Assembly (NCBI GenBank): GCA_964016885.1
Contig: OZ024747.1
Location: 46,686,001-46,750,000, forward strand
Length of the DNA stretch: 64,000 nt
Origin: Eledone cirrhosa
Taxonomy: Eukaryota
Direction: 5' to 3'
The stretch's first letter is position 1. Every line of letters starts with the position of its first letter. Position numbers and translations under genes: made by a program. Shown here one piece after another: positions 40,501 to 54,977 of the stretch. The notes beneath the pieces were generated by a model, which was given only the letters and a program-made list of their open reading frames with translations, was not told the DNA's origin and did not search any database.

Positions 40501-42285
40501 TATATATATATATATAAACACACACACACACACACACGCATATACATATATATGTGTGTGTGTGTGTGCACTTGCGTATGTGTGTGCACATACTAACAAA
40601 GGATATAAAGACTGGTGGGTTGATATCTAGACAATTTGCTTAGACTGCATCATAATGGATGAAAAGGAATTTTTGTTTAACATGTCATACATGTCGCCAA
40701 CGTTGGTTTTGAATATTCTGCTTCGAGTGTCGCATCTCACACAGTTAATGGTGAAGAGGACATATCTTCGCTCGGAAAATCTATTGACGATCAACTAATT
40801 CACGAATTCTATCGTGTATGTAATGCTTAATGAAGAGGATAGAAGAAGCAAAAATAATGGGGTTTTAGAAAACACGAAATATTTATATTGAATGATATAA
40901 TTAATCTGTTCTCAGGTAGTTGGGAGATCATCTGTACGAGTACATAAGATGTCAGATTATCGAAGGAAAGGAAAAATTTCGCATCTGAATACTGGCGCGA
41001 TTACTCAATAACTTTAATCGGAATGAGCTTGCAGTCCGTTATACAATGTTTGCATACCATAACATGGTAAATGTATCCGCAACAAACATGATCACTGAAT
41101 ATGTACCGAATATATTTTTGTTTTGTTTTTGTTTTTTAGTTATAGGGAATAAATTTTGTTTAAAATATGATGTCCGTCAAATTTATGCACTTTATTTATG
41201 CCGTCTTTACTGGTTTTTCGGCCTCACAAAATATACTTGGACTGAAACATCCCAAAAGCCAACTGTGTGTAACACATACAATATTTTATCCAGGTTGGAT
41301 GATGAACTCCATCGACATAAGAGGAGTTTATGTAAGTTTCCTTGGAATTTATTATGAGTACAACGCTAACGTTTTTATAATATTATGGTGAGCCCGAGGT
41401 TTACTTTGCCTTTCATCCTTACGGGGTCGATAAAATAAAGTACCAGTAATACACTGGGTAATTGCTGGCCTTGTGCCTAAAGTAGAAACAAATATTATGG
41501 TGAGTCCTATAAACTGCTAGTTTACACACTACCTCAATTTTCTTTATATGTATGTAGGACAAGGGAATTTATTAGTACTCAACTCTAACTAATCTATGGG
41601 ATGAAGTGATATCACACCTGAAAAGTAATGATGCAATCATTAGCACAGAGTGCTGTCAGTTACAATTATGACAGAAAAATAATAGAAATCTTGATAGTGA
41701 GATTTGCGTTTAGTTTTGAAATTGAATAAATCATTACTAATTGATTGATATTAAGTCATGTAGAGTTAATTACTTAGTTAGTACACATTGAGAAATGTTT
41801 CAGAAAGAACGTCGACCGTAGAAAATTGATTAGTGACTATAGTGAAATGAAAAAATAATTTTATGGCGGACAGTGAATGTCCATCGAGACAGTATTTGAA
41901 CTTAGATTATTAAGAGGCGAACCTAGTTTAGATGTTTAATTGTTGCAGCTACTTTATATCCTTAGCATAGAGGATAGTGGAATAAAGACATCATGTATGT
42001 TAGATTCAATGCAACATTAATTATATGTATTTGCCAGATGAGAATAAACTCAAATTAATATAAGATATTACAGTTGAATTTAATAGAATTATAATATCAG
42101 AAGTTAGGCTCAATGTTAATGATTCCGAAATGTCTTGCACACCTGTAAGCTTATTTAAAATGACATGATAAATTAATAATAGTTAAGGTAGAATCACAAT
42201 TAATTTCTATCTATCTATCAAGAATAACTTGAACCGTTAAGGTATCGTTTCTTGGTTATGTCAACATTTATAAAACAAACTTTGT

Positions 42286-42344
42286 ATTTTATCTGATGAG
42301 AGCGTACCAAAGTTTTGGTACCCTTGAAATATATATAATAGAAT
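42286..42344 (+). ncRNA. Type I hammerhead ribozyme, canonical core (element ~42215-42480)
   Basis: AUUUUAU-CUGAUGA-GAGCGUACCAA..UUGGUACCCUU-GAAA-UAUAUA-UA-AUAGAAU, then AATAAA. Homologs at 63598-63765(-, stem II deletion) and tail 28692-28797. Confidence 0.87.
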
Positions 42345-42505
42345 AAATATGGTTTTATAAATATAGTTTCTATTTATTTAATATCATTGAATATTATACT
42401 CCAGAAAACTTGTCGAGTGCTCTGAATCAGTTATAAACATTTATATTTGTTGAAATACCAACAAATTGAATATCCCTATAATATATATATATATATTATA
42501 TACAT

Positions 42506-42573
<68 letters not shown>

Positions 42574-44461
42574 ATTTGATTCATACAGCACAAGATTCAA
42601 ACTATTCAAAAATGTCATTGCGTATTGTATCTGCAGGTTATTTTTAACACAGTATAATTTGTTATGCAGACGTAATATTAAATAGATCACACCTGGAAAT
42701 ATAAGAGACTGGTGCGCCTTTGATCAGAAGTTTGTACGATGAGAGGTGAGTGGGGGTTAAAACAACAGCAATAGGAATAACCACTACAATAACAGCAACC
42801 TCAACAACAACTATAAAAACAAAAAGAACAATATCAACAATATCAACAACAATAATACCAATAACAATAAGCCAGTGTATGATGAAGTATTATCTATCAG
42901 TATAGTTTCTATCTGAATGTTTATTCTCAATAGTATTTAGCTACATTGCCAAATAACATAAGATAACCCTTTTGGTGTCAGGAATGTAGTAATTGTTACA
43001 ATCTTTATAGAAGATAGAAGAATAGATATCAATAGATATAACATTTCATATTTATTTATGTTTTAAGTAAGAAATAAGCCAATTATTGCTAAGAATAACC
43101 GCAAACCATATGCGAATCTACTCAATACTTGTGCGCTAATTCTTCATTTTTGTTTTTCTTTTTTATCCCTAAAGAGGTTTGCTGAACGACAACAAGAACT
43201 CTAGTGGGATTGAGACGTGACATTTTGCATTCGTATTCCGTTATTTTTACCAATCCTTAGTGCAACAAATATTTATAAAAGAAAAAAAAAAGACTTAAAC
43301 GATATACCATATATTTGATCAAACGAAGCCCATAACAATGATCAAGGGATGTTGACTGACCGTCATTTGAAATTATGAAAAATAGTAAATGCTTATTTCC
43401 AACCAGAAAGTGATAGAATCATCTAAAGGCTATTGAAAGACAATTCCCTCGGATATATTTTAAGTGGAAGAAGAGGAAAATGTCTGTTAGTTCAGGCCTC
43501 ATCAGCCCGGAATATTTGTGTAGAGTGTGAGATTTTTAGCTGCAGCTTATTCATTCTCTCAAGCAAAATGGCCATTTAGTGACGAACAAAAGAATCTCAT
43601 CCTTTGAAACATTGCTTTACGTTCTCCTCTGATGATGCCACCACCACCGTTACCTGCCTGACACTTCTGTTGTTGATACTGTTGTTGCTGCTTTTGTTTT
43701 TTCTTCTAATGTTTACTGCTGATGTGCCTAATGTTGATGTTAATATTACTGTTGCTATTGTTGCTGTTGTTGTTGTTGTTGTTGTCGTTGATGCTGTTTT
43801 CCGCTAGATTTAAGACGCCATTGTTGCAGAGAAAAACTAAAGGTGTCCAGGAAATCAATTATTTCTCTTGTTACAAAACTGTAAAACGGTGTGAAGTGAG
43901 TACGGGAGCCGTATCACTTCCGTCGGCGTGAACACCTATTATTGTCTGCTAACAAAATCGACTTGGTAAAAGATAATTAAAACGTCCGCCTGAGAAGTTA
44001 CCGTAAAAATATCTTCATCACTCATAAATTTTCGGACACTATCCGAACAACAATAACAAAAAACAACAATAATGATATTCGCAAGAGCAGTCACAGTAGC
44101 AGCAAAATAAGGAATTAATTAGGGATTCAGATAAATATTTTCAAAGGCATGTATGTCTATATAACCGTTTAACGGGAACGATACAATGTTTGGAAGTAAG
44201 AAGAGAGTATATTTTCTACATTCCGTTTGAAAAACATAATATATAAAAATAAACAAACAAATTAATAAATAACATAACAATAATAATAATAATATAAAAT
44301 CATAAAATCAAAATCAAAACTAAAGACCAAAGACTGAAGGACAAAAAATACGTAAATCCCATGTCTTGACACGCAAAATCTATTAGGATCTTCCGCTTTT
44401 TTCATATCTGATACCCTTCTTTTTCTTTAAATATCTCTCTCACACTATATCTGCATCAGGA

Positions 44462-45428
44462 CCTCCCCTTTTCTCTCTCTCACTCTCTCTCTCTCTTCCC
44501 CTATCTCCCCCTCCCCCTCTCTCTCTCCTCTCTCTCACTCCCTCTGGCTGTCTTTCTTTCCCTATATCCTTCTCCCTCTCTCTCTCTTCCCCTATCTCCC
44601 TCTCCCTCTCTCTCACTCTCTCACACACACTCCCTCTCCCTCTCTCTCACTCTCTCTCTCTCACACACACACTCTCACTCTCTCTCTCTCACACTCTCAC
44701 ATTCTCTTTCCCCTATCTCCCTCTCACCCTCCCGCTCTCTCACTCTCTTTCTCACTGTCTCTGGCTCTCTTTCTTCCCCTATCTCCTTCTCCCTCTCTCT
44801 CTCTTCCCCTATCTCCCTCTCGATCGCTCTCACTCTCTCACACACACACACTCTCTCTCTCTCCCTCTCACTGTCTCACACTCTCTCTTCCCCTATCTCC
44901 CTCTCCCTCTCTCTCCCTCCCCCTCTCTCACTCTCTCTCTCTCACACCCTCACACTCTCTCTCCCCCTATCTCCCTCTCCCTCACTCTCTCTCTCCCCCT
45001 CTCTCACTCTCTCTCTCACACCCTCACACTCTCTCTCCCCCTATCTCCCTCTCCCTCACTCTCTCTCTCCCCCTCTCTCACTCTCTCTCTCTCACACCCT
45101 CACACTCTCTCTCCCCCTATCTCCCTCTCCCTCACTCTCTCTCCCCCTCTCTCACTCTCTCTCTCTCACACCCTCACACTCTCTCTCCCCTATCTCCCTC
45201 TCCCTCACTCTCTCTCTCCCCCTCTCTCACTCTCTCTCTCACACCCTCACACTCTCTCTTCCCTCTCATCTCCCTCTCCCTCACTCTCTCTCTCCCCCTC
45301 TCTCACTCTCTCTCTCACACCCTCACACTCTCTCTTACCCTATCTCCCTCTCCCTCACTCTCTCTCTCCCCCTCTCTCACTCTCTCTCTCACACCCTCAC
45401 ACTCTCTCTTCCCCTATCTCCCTCTCCG
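44462..45428. repeat. Polypyrimidine CT-rich minisatellite (~58-60-bp units in the 3' half)
   Basis: Repeated CTCTCTCACACCCTCACACTCTCTCTCCCCCTATCTCCCTCTCCCTCACT units. Confidence 0.9.
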
Positions 45429-46319
45429 TGTAAATGTAAACGATAGATATACAGAGGTAAAGATGGTTTACTAATTTACTATAAAACATTGCCAGCTCTT
45501 ACCCACTCCCTATTAAGTCCTAATGACTGTACAGTCTAATGAATAACAAGTCGTGTAGAAATGTCTAACGGTTAGGTCTTACGTTGTATGTGTTTGTTTA
45601 TTGCTTTTGTTGTTGTTTGTGGTTGTATCGTTGTTTTTGTTTTTTTTTGTTTTTGTTTTTATAGAAGCCCATCAGTGATCAAGTCAATAGTGTAGTAGTA
45701 GTAGTAGTGGTGGTGGTGCTGGTGGTGATGGTGGTGGTGGTAATGGTAGTGGTGGTGTTGGTGGTGGTGGTGGTGGTGGTGGTGGTGGTGGTGGTTGTGG
45801 TGGCTGTGATGGTGGTTGTGGTGGTGGTGGTTGTGGTGGCTGTGATGGTGGTTGTGGTGGTAGTGGTGGTGGTGGTGGTGGTGATGCTGGTGGTGGTAAC
45901 GGCAGTGGTGGTGGTGGTGTTGGTGGTGGTGGCGGTGGTGGTGGTGGTTGTGGTGGTGGTGGTGGTGATGGTGGTGGTGGTGGTTGTGGTGGTAGTGGTG
46001 GTGGTGGTGGTGGTGATACTGGTGGTGGTAACGGCAGTGGTGGTGGTGGTGTTGGTGGTGGTGGCGGTGGTGGTGGTGGTTGTGGTGGCTGTGATGGTGG
46101 TGGTGGTGGTGGTGGTGGTGGTGGTTGTGGAGATGGCGGCGGCGGCGGTGGTGGTAGTGGTGATGGTGGTAGGTCGGTGGTGATGGTGGTGTTGGTGGTA
46201 GTGGTGGTGTATAGGATAATGACAGTAGACGTGTTAATGATGGTGGCGGTGCTGGAGAGGGTGGTGCAGGTATTTTATGGTAATAATTGTCGGGGTCGGT
46301 GATATATATATATATATAT

Positions 46320-46570
46320 CTAGGGGGTGTAACTTGGAGTTACTGCAGGTTCACCCGGGGGAGCACTCGATGTTTAGGTTCACTTCTCTGTTGAGGTGTA
46401 GACCTATACACAGTGTAGTATATTGAAAGGATAACAAGGACGATTGGTTACTCCTTCATTACATTTATTGGTAGGTGACGCGCGGTTTCGCCACTGATCA
46501 GCTCAAGGTTCGATCTGTTTCGATCTTACCCAACTCTATAATCGGCAGCTCGACGGACCCTTTAAAATAC
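46320..46570 (-). mobile_element. PLE-like element with HHR-like motif at 46473-46560 (core CCGUCGA)
   Basis: Homologous to 29759-30050; AATAAA follows the motif; 3' end lies in (TA)n. Confidence 0.7.
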
Positions 46571-46688
46571 TAGTAATATATATATGTTTATCCCGAGTTC
46601 AATTGGGGATAACCACAGTAAGTAAGGTACTCAATACATAGCAGAGTATAAATATTTAATATAGAAATGGCAAATTTCTGAAGCGTTC

Positions 46689-46792
<104 letters not shown>

Positions 46793-47085
46793 GTGTGTGT
46801 GTGTGTGCGTGTGTGTGCGTGTGTGCGTGTGTATGTGTGCGACCGCACAGAAGCACACATATATATTCGTGAACATTAGCCAAATAAAAAACTCATAGAG
46901 TTCCACACGGACCACCATAGAGACATACACCCGGGAAAATAAGAGATTATGCGACTATCATCTAGCAAACTTAGTGATGCGATTACAACAGGCAGTGGGT
47001 GGTGGATTATGTGGGGGTGGGGTTAGTAAAGTACCGTACTCTGTATTGGGCTGCAGTATTGCCAATCTGGCTGGCTGGATGCTGG

Positions 47086-47760
47086 GTTGTTTGGTCATTT
47101 GGCTAGCGGTATTTCTGTCTGAGTGGCTGGCTGTTTGCCTCACCCACTGGATGGCTAGCTAGCTGTACCTCTGTCTGAGTGGCTGGCTGTTTGCCTCACC
47201 CACTGGATGTATGACTAGCTGTCCGTCTGTCTGCGGGGCTGGCTGTCTGACTCACCCACTGGATGGCTAGCTAGCTGTACCTCTGTCTGAGAGGCTGGCT
47301 GTTTGCCTCACCCACTGGATGTATGACTAGCTGTCCGTTTGTCTGCGGGGCTGGCTGTCTGACTCACCCACTGGATGGCTAGCTAGCTGTACCTCTGTCT
47401 GAGAGGCTGGCTGTTTGCCTCACCCACTGGATGTATGACTAGCTGTCCGTCTGTCTGCGGGGCTGGCTGTCTGACTCACCCACTGGATGGCTAGCTAGCT
47501 GTACCTCTGTCTGAGAGGCTGGCTGTTGTCTCACCCACTGGATGCCTGGCTAGCTGTCCCTCTGTCTTCGTGGCTGGCTGTTGTCTCGCCCATTGGATGG
47601 ATGACTAGCTGTCTCTCTGTCTTCGTGGCTGGCTGTCTGTCTCGCCCACTAGATGGATGACTAGCTGTCCCTCTGTCTGAGTGACTGGCTGTTGTCTCGC
47701 CCACTGGATGGCTGGCTAGCTGACTGACTGGCTTGCCGTCTGTCAGTCTGTTTGTCTGTC
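47086..47760. repeat. ~56-bp tandem minisatellite with alternating A/B variants
   Basis: GGCTGGCTGT..CTCACCCACTGGATG..CTAGCTGT..CTGTCTG repeated about 11 times. Confidence 0.9.
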
Positions 47761-47903
47761 TGAATTGCTGTAGTATAAGTAGGTATTGAACCACGTCATT
47801 GATCTTTCAGGCGTAATGGACGTCTTATTTATCCATTCGTTTATTTATTTATTTATATCATTTATTTATTTATGTATGTACATATGTGTATTCGTAAATG
47901 TAT

Positions 47904-47969
<66 letters not shown>

Positions 47970-48144
47970 TTGTATACATATGTGTTCGTATATATATGTA
48001 TATATATATACACATATGTGTGTTCGTATATGTATGTATATATATATATATATATATGATGTATATATATTTATACGTATACACATATACTTACATATAT
48101 GTCTGTTCACATATACATGTATACATATGCGTATATATATGTGT

Positions 48145-48193
<49 letters not shown>

Positions 48194-48513
48194 CATACAC
48201 ATACAAATATATTACCTCTAAGCGAAACTTTCACATATTATTCTAGTCTGTGAGTTTGGCAAATCAAGCAGACAAAGAACACCAAACGTTAAGTGTAGAA
48301 ACACACACATACATATAAATATATACACTTACACAAATACATATATGTATACACAAGTGAGCATACAAACATACACAGATGCGCACATACATACACACAA
48401 GCACATCTATTTCAAAACTTTTATATGGAGCGTGCTGTCTATTGAAATTTGTATATACATACACACATATATACGTGTGTGTATGTGTGTATATATACAT
48501 ACAACATATGTAT

Positions 48514-48607
<94 letters not shown>

Positions 48608-48874
48608 ATAATTATGTATTTTTTTAGTTTTATCTATAATATAGACCATACTATCAAAAGTAACAGACGCAATGTTGTTGCCTGTGTGTGTTGATGCTAG
48701 GGATGTTTGTGATGATGGTTGTGTTGAATTAATTTAAAATCGTCAATACTTTTTAATGATGTTAGTATGGTTCACAACATTGGTGATAGAGAGGTGGAAA
48801 ATATTTCAATGATCATAGAAATAAATGTATCATAAAACATATGCCCCAAACACAAAAATAATTAATGTCAACCC

Positions 48875-49145
48875 TTCTTCTATTTTTCTTTTTCGCCCAT
48901 TTATTCCTGGAAGTTTCGAGAAGTCAGAGTCCTCAAGTACTTCTTCCAACCTCTCTTATCAGAAGCAACCATTTCCATTTGACCCGCCTGAATCCTCAAG
49001 CGAGCCCAGTGGAATCATATATGTTATCTAGCTACGTTAATCTGAGTCTAGTGTTAAGTCTCTTGTTGATTGGTTTTGCCCGTTCTCAATTCGGAGAATT
49101 AGTAGCCCTACCTTGAGTGACACTCTTATCTCCAAGCTAAGCACT
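48875..49145 (-). mobile_element. Degenerate RTE 3' fragment
   Basis: Nucleotide similarity to 10400-10500 and 10665-10710. Confidence 0.55.
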
Positions 49146-50846
49146 CTATCGAGTACCAGTAATAAACTGGCCTTGTGCCAAAAAGTAGAAACAATTATTA
49201 ATAATATTTATTTCTATAAACCCAAAATTAGATAAATTTAGATTCAGAATTCTAGTTAATCATATCAGCCCATTTGTTTACTTAGGAATTTCCTTCATGT
49301 TTAGGATGTATAGTTTAAAGAAGGATAATTACGCGGCACTTTGAATAGATACTTTTTCCATAACAAATCGTCACCTTCATATTCATGAGATATTTCTATG
49401 AAAGTTTATGGTAGTTAGTGTGTAACCAACACGTGATGAAAGTCAATGAAGCGAGATAAAGTCAGGACGTTAAAGAACGTAATTAAATACAATACATCTG
49501 ATTGCCCAGAGCATTTATTCAGGCACCCACAACCGTAATAATAATTGTTTCTACTTATGGCACAAGGCCAGCAATTGTCCCAGTGCATTACTGGTACTTT
49601 ATTTTATCGACCCCGTAAGGATGAAAGGCAAAGTTAACCTCGGCGGGATTTGAACTCAGATTGCAAAGGGACGTAACTATATGCTGGAAAGCATGGCGTT
49701 CGACCCTACTATTTCCAATATAGATATAAATGTATTGAAGGCGGTGTTTGTAAGACAGGGCTGCAAATTTACAGAATTGAGGAAGGTATGGTTATTCTCT
49801 GTACTTTAAGTTCCAATCTTACACATACAACTACAACGTTACATGCATGCAGTATATTTAGTAATATCGATTGAAATCCAGCCCGTACACACACATACAC
49901 ACATGCCTCCCCTCTCTCAATAAAATAAAACCCAATTGAAATCCCAAACGTATAAACACTACACATCCATGCACTTACATACCATAAACATTGCTCATTC
50001 ATTGTTTATGTATATCCTCTTCTGAAGGAAAATCAGCATGATAAACCAACATCATTGCTAGTGAAAGAAGAAAATTGACACTTCTCTGCACAATATGATT
50101 TCAATAATATGATCATCTAAGGTGATGAATTGGCAGAATTATTTGAGCCTCAAATAAAATACCATTGTGATATTTGTTTTAGTTTATTACATTCTGATTA
50201 CAAATCCAGCCGAGATCAACTACGATTTCATCCTTCTGGTATCAATAAAATAAAGTACTAGTCAAATTTACTGGTTCTGTGCCAAAACTAGAAACAAAAA
50301 TGGTTTAACGAAAAGCAAATAAACACCAAAGAAAATGAGGTGAATCGAACAAATTCTGTTTGGTAAAGATGGTTCGATGGAATATCGTTTATCTTTCAGA
50401 ACATCCGTTAATATTAGATATTTAGGAATTATATATTGTTGAAATAAAATCTCAATTAAAATGGTCACATTATATATAAGTTTCATTTTTCAGAGAAAAT
50501 GTATTCCCATATCTTACAGTCAAGAGATATATTCATTTGTAGCATGCTTTAATCTGAATACATCTAAAGAATTGCTGACCATTATCGTTGCATTAAGTGA
50601 AAGGAAACATGATAGGAATTGTATCTCTGCAGAGATTAATCATTGTGAAAATCAATTCTGTGGCTCGGTGGACATTATTATCGCTTAAAGGCATTACACC
50701 TTTACCCTTTCTCCAACGGATCATGAACTCTTTATTATCTACACAATATAGTAAATATACCATACAAGTGAGCAAGTGTCTTCTTTCATAGCCTTTGGTT
50801 CACCAATAAGTGGAATTGTATGTATGTGTGTAAGTATGTATGCATG

Positions 50847-50905
<59 letters not shown>

Positions 50906-51814
50906 GTAGCTATGAATGTGATTATACATGCAGGTATGCATGCGTGTACATATGGATCCTTCTTAAGCTGCTCTATATCGACAAAAGCTATAAGAATTAA
51001 TGGTGATCTTTGAGCAAAATTGCCGGTGATATTTGTTATATAACAATTTAGAGGCATTCTATTGCCGTTCTGTGAAGCAATCATTGACCCCTTATAAACC
51101 TGTAACCAACGACGATTTGTTCAGGAACTTGCCCCTTAAAATGTTTACATAAATACACCAACATGAAATACAGAGTTTCGAAGAAGCGACAAATCATTCA
51201 TATACACACATACATGATGGCTACAACTCGATTTCGTGTAATGTCATCGTTCGATACTTAAATTTATTAAGACAAAGCATGATGGTGATTTCACTACTAT
51301 TTCTTTTGGGTCTAGCGACCGCAAAGAAACCGTTTCGTTTTCAAAGTGTTTAATATGTAGATTAGGAAGATGCAATTAAAGATATAAGTACCAGAAATAA
51401 TTGATATATGTCTAGTAATTTAAGAAATCGAAATACTGTTCCTTTTATTGGGTGAACCCAGAAAACGATCTTAGCTTCACAGATGAATTGCATGCAGCAA
51501 ACTATATACATAACTAAGTAAATATCTTTAAATGCGTTTACTACTACTTACCTGATATAGGCGAACAAGTTTAATAGAGACTTCGTGAAATAAATGTTAC
51601 AAAAAAGGAGCAGACTTTCATCTAGTTTATTCGAATCTTATTTATTTTATTTTTTGTTGTATGTATTGATTGATTATGCTTTGTTTATATTAAACATTTA
51701 TTTCATTACTTTTATATGACGTCATAATACGAAAAGTTTTACATTCTACAGTTACTTCTACAATTTCTTTGGTGGATTTACAATAAGTTCCATCATATAT
51801 ATATATATATCTTC

Positions 51815-52270
51815 AGTGAAATATTGACATTGTCCAAGAATCTGTTGAACAGAACTCAAAACTATCGCTAGATCTCTTCTCAATCCCTGGATCTCTTCTC
51901 AAAGACTTGCAGAAGGCTTGTCAAAGAAGATCTTAAGAAATACCCATACAGAATACATACAGACTAATTGAAAGCTCAATGTAACTAATAAGACCAAGAT
52001 AAAGGCTATAGTTAAAATAATGCTGACGAAGATGGAAAACAACCCACATTTTCTGAAACTGCAGTAGACCTCTGATGAATGGCTGGAAGACAAATTTTGA
52101 AATTGTGCTATCAGTTTGAAGACTGCTTGTATATGGGCCCCACAAAGCCCTGATTTTAGACAAACAGATTTTTTTCGTTGGGATGGGAGGGAGGCTAACT
52201 GAAGGATAGGGTATATTTCAAGAAACTCAGGAACATAACTGAACTAAGAGAAGACATGAGGAGTGAGATC
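51815..52270 (+). pseudogene. Tc1/mariner-superfamily transposase relic, internally deleted
   Basis: Frame-broken peptides NIDIVQESVEQN, RRLVKEDLKKYPYRI, MLTKMENNPHFL..TSDE, WAPQSPDF..DFF.W, LKDRVY..NITELR match the SDE and WPPRSPDL..DFFLWGYLK pattern. Confidence 0.75.
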
Positions 52271-52694
52271 GGAGCCATCCTTTGCTCTGTTTGTAATGAC
52301 GTAATACTAAACTTCTCCATGCACTTCTCAAAAAATAAGTAATGTAGACAAAAATAGATATGGGGTCAGTCTTTTGTTAGTAATACTCTGTATATATATA
52401 TATGTGTGTGTGTGTGAGTGTGCCTAGGTATAAACATCTCTCTGTGTCTGTCAGTGTGTGTGTGTGTGTGCGTGTGTGCTCGTGTGTGTGCCTAGGTATA
52501 AACATCTCTCTGAGTCTATCAGTATGTATGTATGTATTTATCTATCGATGCTGCAACGAAATATTGGAACAAATGTTATTGAGTTGAAATGAAATATGAC
52601 AGATACGTTCAGTGAAATTAGGACTGACTATAATTAGATAAACAAGGAAGGGAACAAGGAATCTAAGAACGGAAACTATATGACACAGAAACAT

Positions 52695-52960
52695 GTCTCA
52701 TGGTCGGGTCGTCAGCGACTAAACTGGCAACCCCACCCAGGTAACTTGGTGTGGAGGGTGATATTTGCACACCTGCGGGATGAAACAAGACCCGGCAAAA
52801 GGCAGAGGAACTCAGCAGAATCAACGGCCATCCAAATAGTACTAACCCCCCCCCCCCCCTCCCCCGCACACACGCACGCACACCTGGGAGTGTTAGGCCG
52901 CCAGTTGTTATCACAACACCTTTCTAGGAGAGGGAAACTCTGTCTGAAAAAAACCCTGCG
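52695..52960 (+). mobile_element. Possible 5' end of an RTE-type LINE
   Basis: GC-richer segment with CTAAACTGGCAACCCC and GGAGAGGGAAACTCTG motifs recalled from RTE 5' UTRs; not verifiable here. Confidence 0.3.
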
Positions 52961-53190
52961 ACTTCGGCAGCATCCGATGATGTTGACCTGTTCTCCTTTT
53001 CGGGTAGTGTTTTCGATGCTCAGAGAGTGGGATTGGTCGAGTGCAATGCCTTTCTCCTCTTAAAAAAGGCATTGCTTGTTCAGGATATGTTACAGGTTAG
53101 TGCACCGAACTCTGTAAAATGACAAGCGTTTGCAGCGATCATATATATATATATATATATATCTGTGTTGGTTATCGAAAATATTCTTAC

Positions 53191-53221
<31 letters not shown>

Positions 53222-53477
53222 GCTAATAAGTTGAAACTAGTACAGCGTTTCTTTGTCAGTGTTGAACAAACGAGCAACGGTGGTTGCTAGACACTGTACG
53301 ACTTAATTCGGGTTGTTTGTTTACAAACACACCGAGCATTATAATAAATGTTCGGTGAATCCATACGTACATATATATATATGTGTGCATGTATATATAT
53401 GTGTGCATGTATATATATACACATACTACTGTACGTCTGTATACATATATGTATATACGTATACGTACTTATATATA

Positions 53478-53685
53478 TATTTATTAAAATAACAGATTAA
53501 AGTTTAAGCAAAGAATCGCTGCTTTCACCCTTAACGGGATCTTCTGAAGGGTGAAAGCAGCGATTCTTTGCTTAAACTTTAATCTGTTATTTTAATAAAT
53601 ATTTGCTCTACGGTTCTTATATATTTGATATATATTTATCCTTATCGAGCGCTCTTTGGATTTTAATCTTCAAATTCATTATTAG
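53478..53685. mobile_element. Fold-back copy of the CAGAAGA-HHR family
   Basis: Arms 53478-53533 / 53547-53602 plus tail; the junction shares AA microhomology. Confidence 0.8.
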
Positions 53686-53715
53686 AAAAACCACAGACCC
53701 TCCATCTCAACTCTA

Positions 53716-53751
53716 CTTTTGAAAAGCAGAAGAACTGCGAAACCGGTAAAG
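53716..53751 (+). ncRNA. Type I hammerhead motif, U3-A8 covariant core (UUGAAAA); element 53686-53892, inverted homolog 55830-56031
   Basis: CUU-UUGAAAA-GCAG(AAGAA)CUGC-GAAA-CCGG-UA-AAG, followed by AATAAA. Confidence 0.72.
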
Positions 53752-53883
53752 GAACCAAATAAATATATATATTTTTTTTAAAATAAGAGTCCAGTTGCAT
53801 TTTCGATTTCATCTTTTTTTCTTTATACTTTCACTCGTGTAGGACACCTCGGTTATTTTTCATTTTGTAAAAAAAAACCTCAC

Positions 53884-53930
<47 letters not shown>

Positions 53931-54066
53931 TTATATCCCCCCCCCCCAAATGAGATTCGGCTTAAGTTTAATATAACTTAGTGCGTCTCTGAGTAGATAA
54001 TTTATTAATTTATCTTATCCTTTCATTGAGATGTTTACATATTAGAAACAGTTAATTGTATACAGT

Positions 54067-54116
<50 letters not shown>

Positions 54117-54240
54117 TCTATGTATGCATATATATATATATATATATTCACATACACACATACAAAGAAACACAAACGCATACGCACACACACACATATG
54201 TATATATATACATATATACACATAATTGTATATACGTATA

Positions 54241-54318
<78 letters not shown>

Positions 54319-54586
54319 GTATATATATATATGTATGTATATGTATATATATATATATTACTTTTTAATCTTAATCTTCTTTAAGAATAACATTTATTCT
54401 TATTTTTATCTTCGACTGTCGTATATAGTTCGGTGTCATTTAAGAATATTATTTATCATTTGATAAATTCCGAGCATACTGACTAATTAATTATATTTTA
54501 TATACGTTAACACATGTACATAAATATGTGAACACAGACATATGCCCAAACACGTGCATATATATATGTGTGTGTGGGTGTGTGTG

Positions 54587-54617
<31 letters not shown>

Positions 54618-54891
54618 ATGTATATATATATGTATATATATGTGGTGGGATGCGCGCGCGTGTGTGTACATGTGCGCGTGTGTGTGTGCGTGTGTGTGTG
54701 TGTGCGTGTGTGTGTGTGCGCGCGCATGCCAGTGTGCTTGTGTTTGTAAGTGTGTCTGTGTATGTATATGTGCATGCCTGTTTGTGTGCGTGAGTGTTTG
54801 TATGTATCTTCCTGTATGCGTTGTTTGATCGTATATACGTTTCAGTATACATTTGAAATTATTAATTACTTAATGTGTTACATATTCCCCC

Positions 54892-54977
<86 letters not shown>

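Noticed and set aside
47086-47760. CRISPR-like array
   Set aside because: No unique spacers, no cas genes, eukaryotic context; it is a tandem minisatellite.
52695-52800. HDV-like ribozyme at a putative RTE 5' end
   Set aside because: I could not fold a convincing nested double pseudoknot by eye; an HDV descriptor search is needed.
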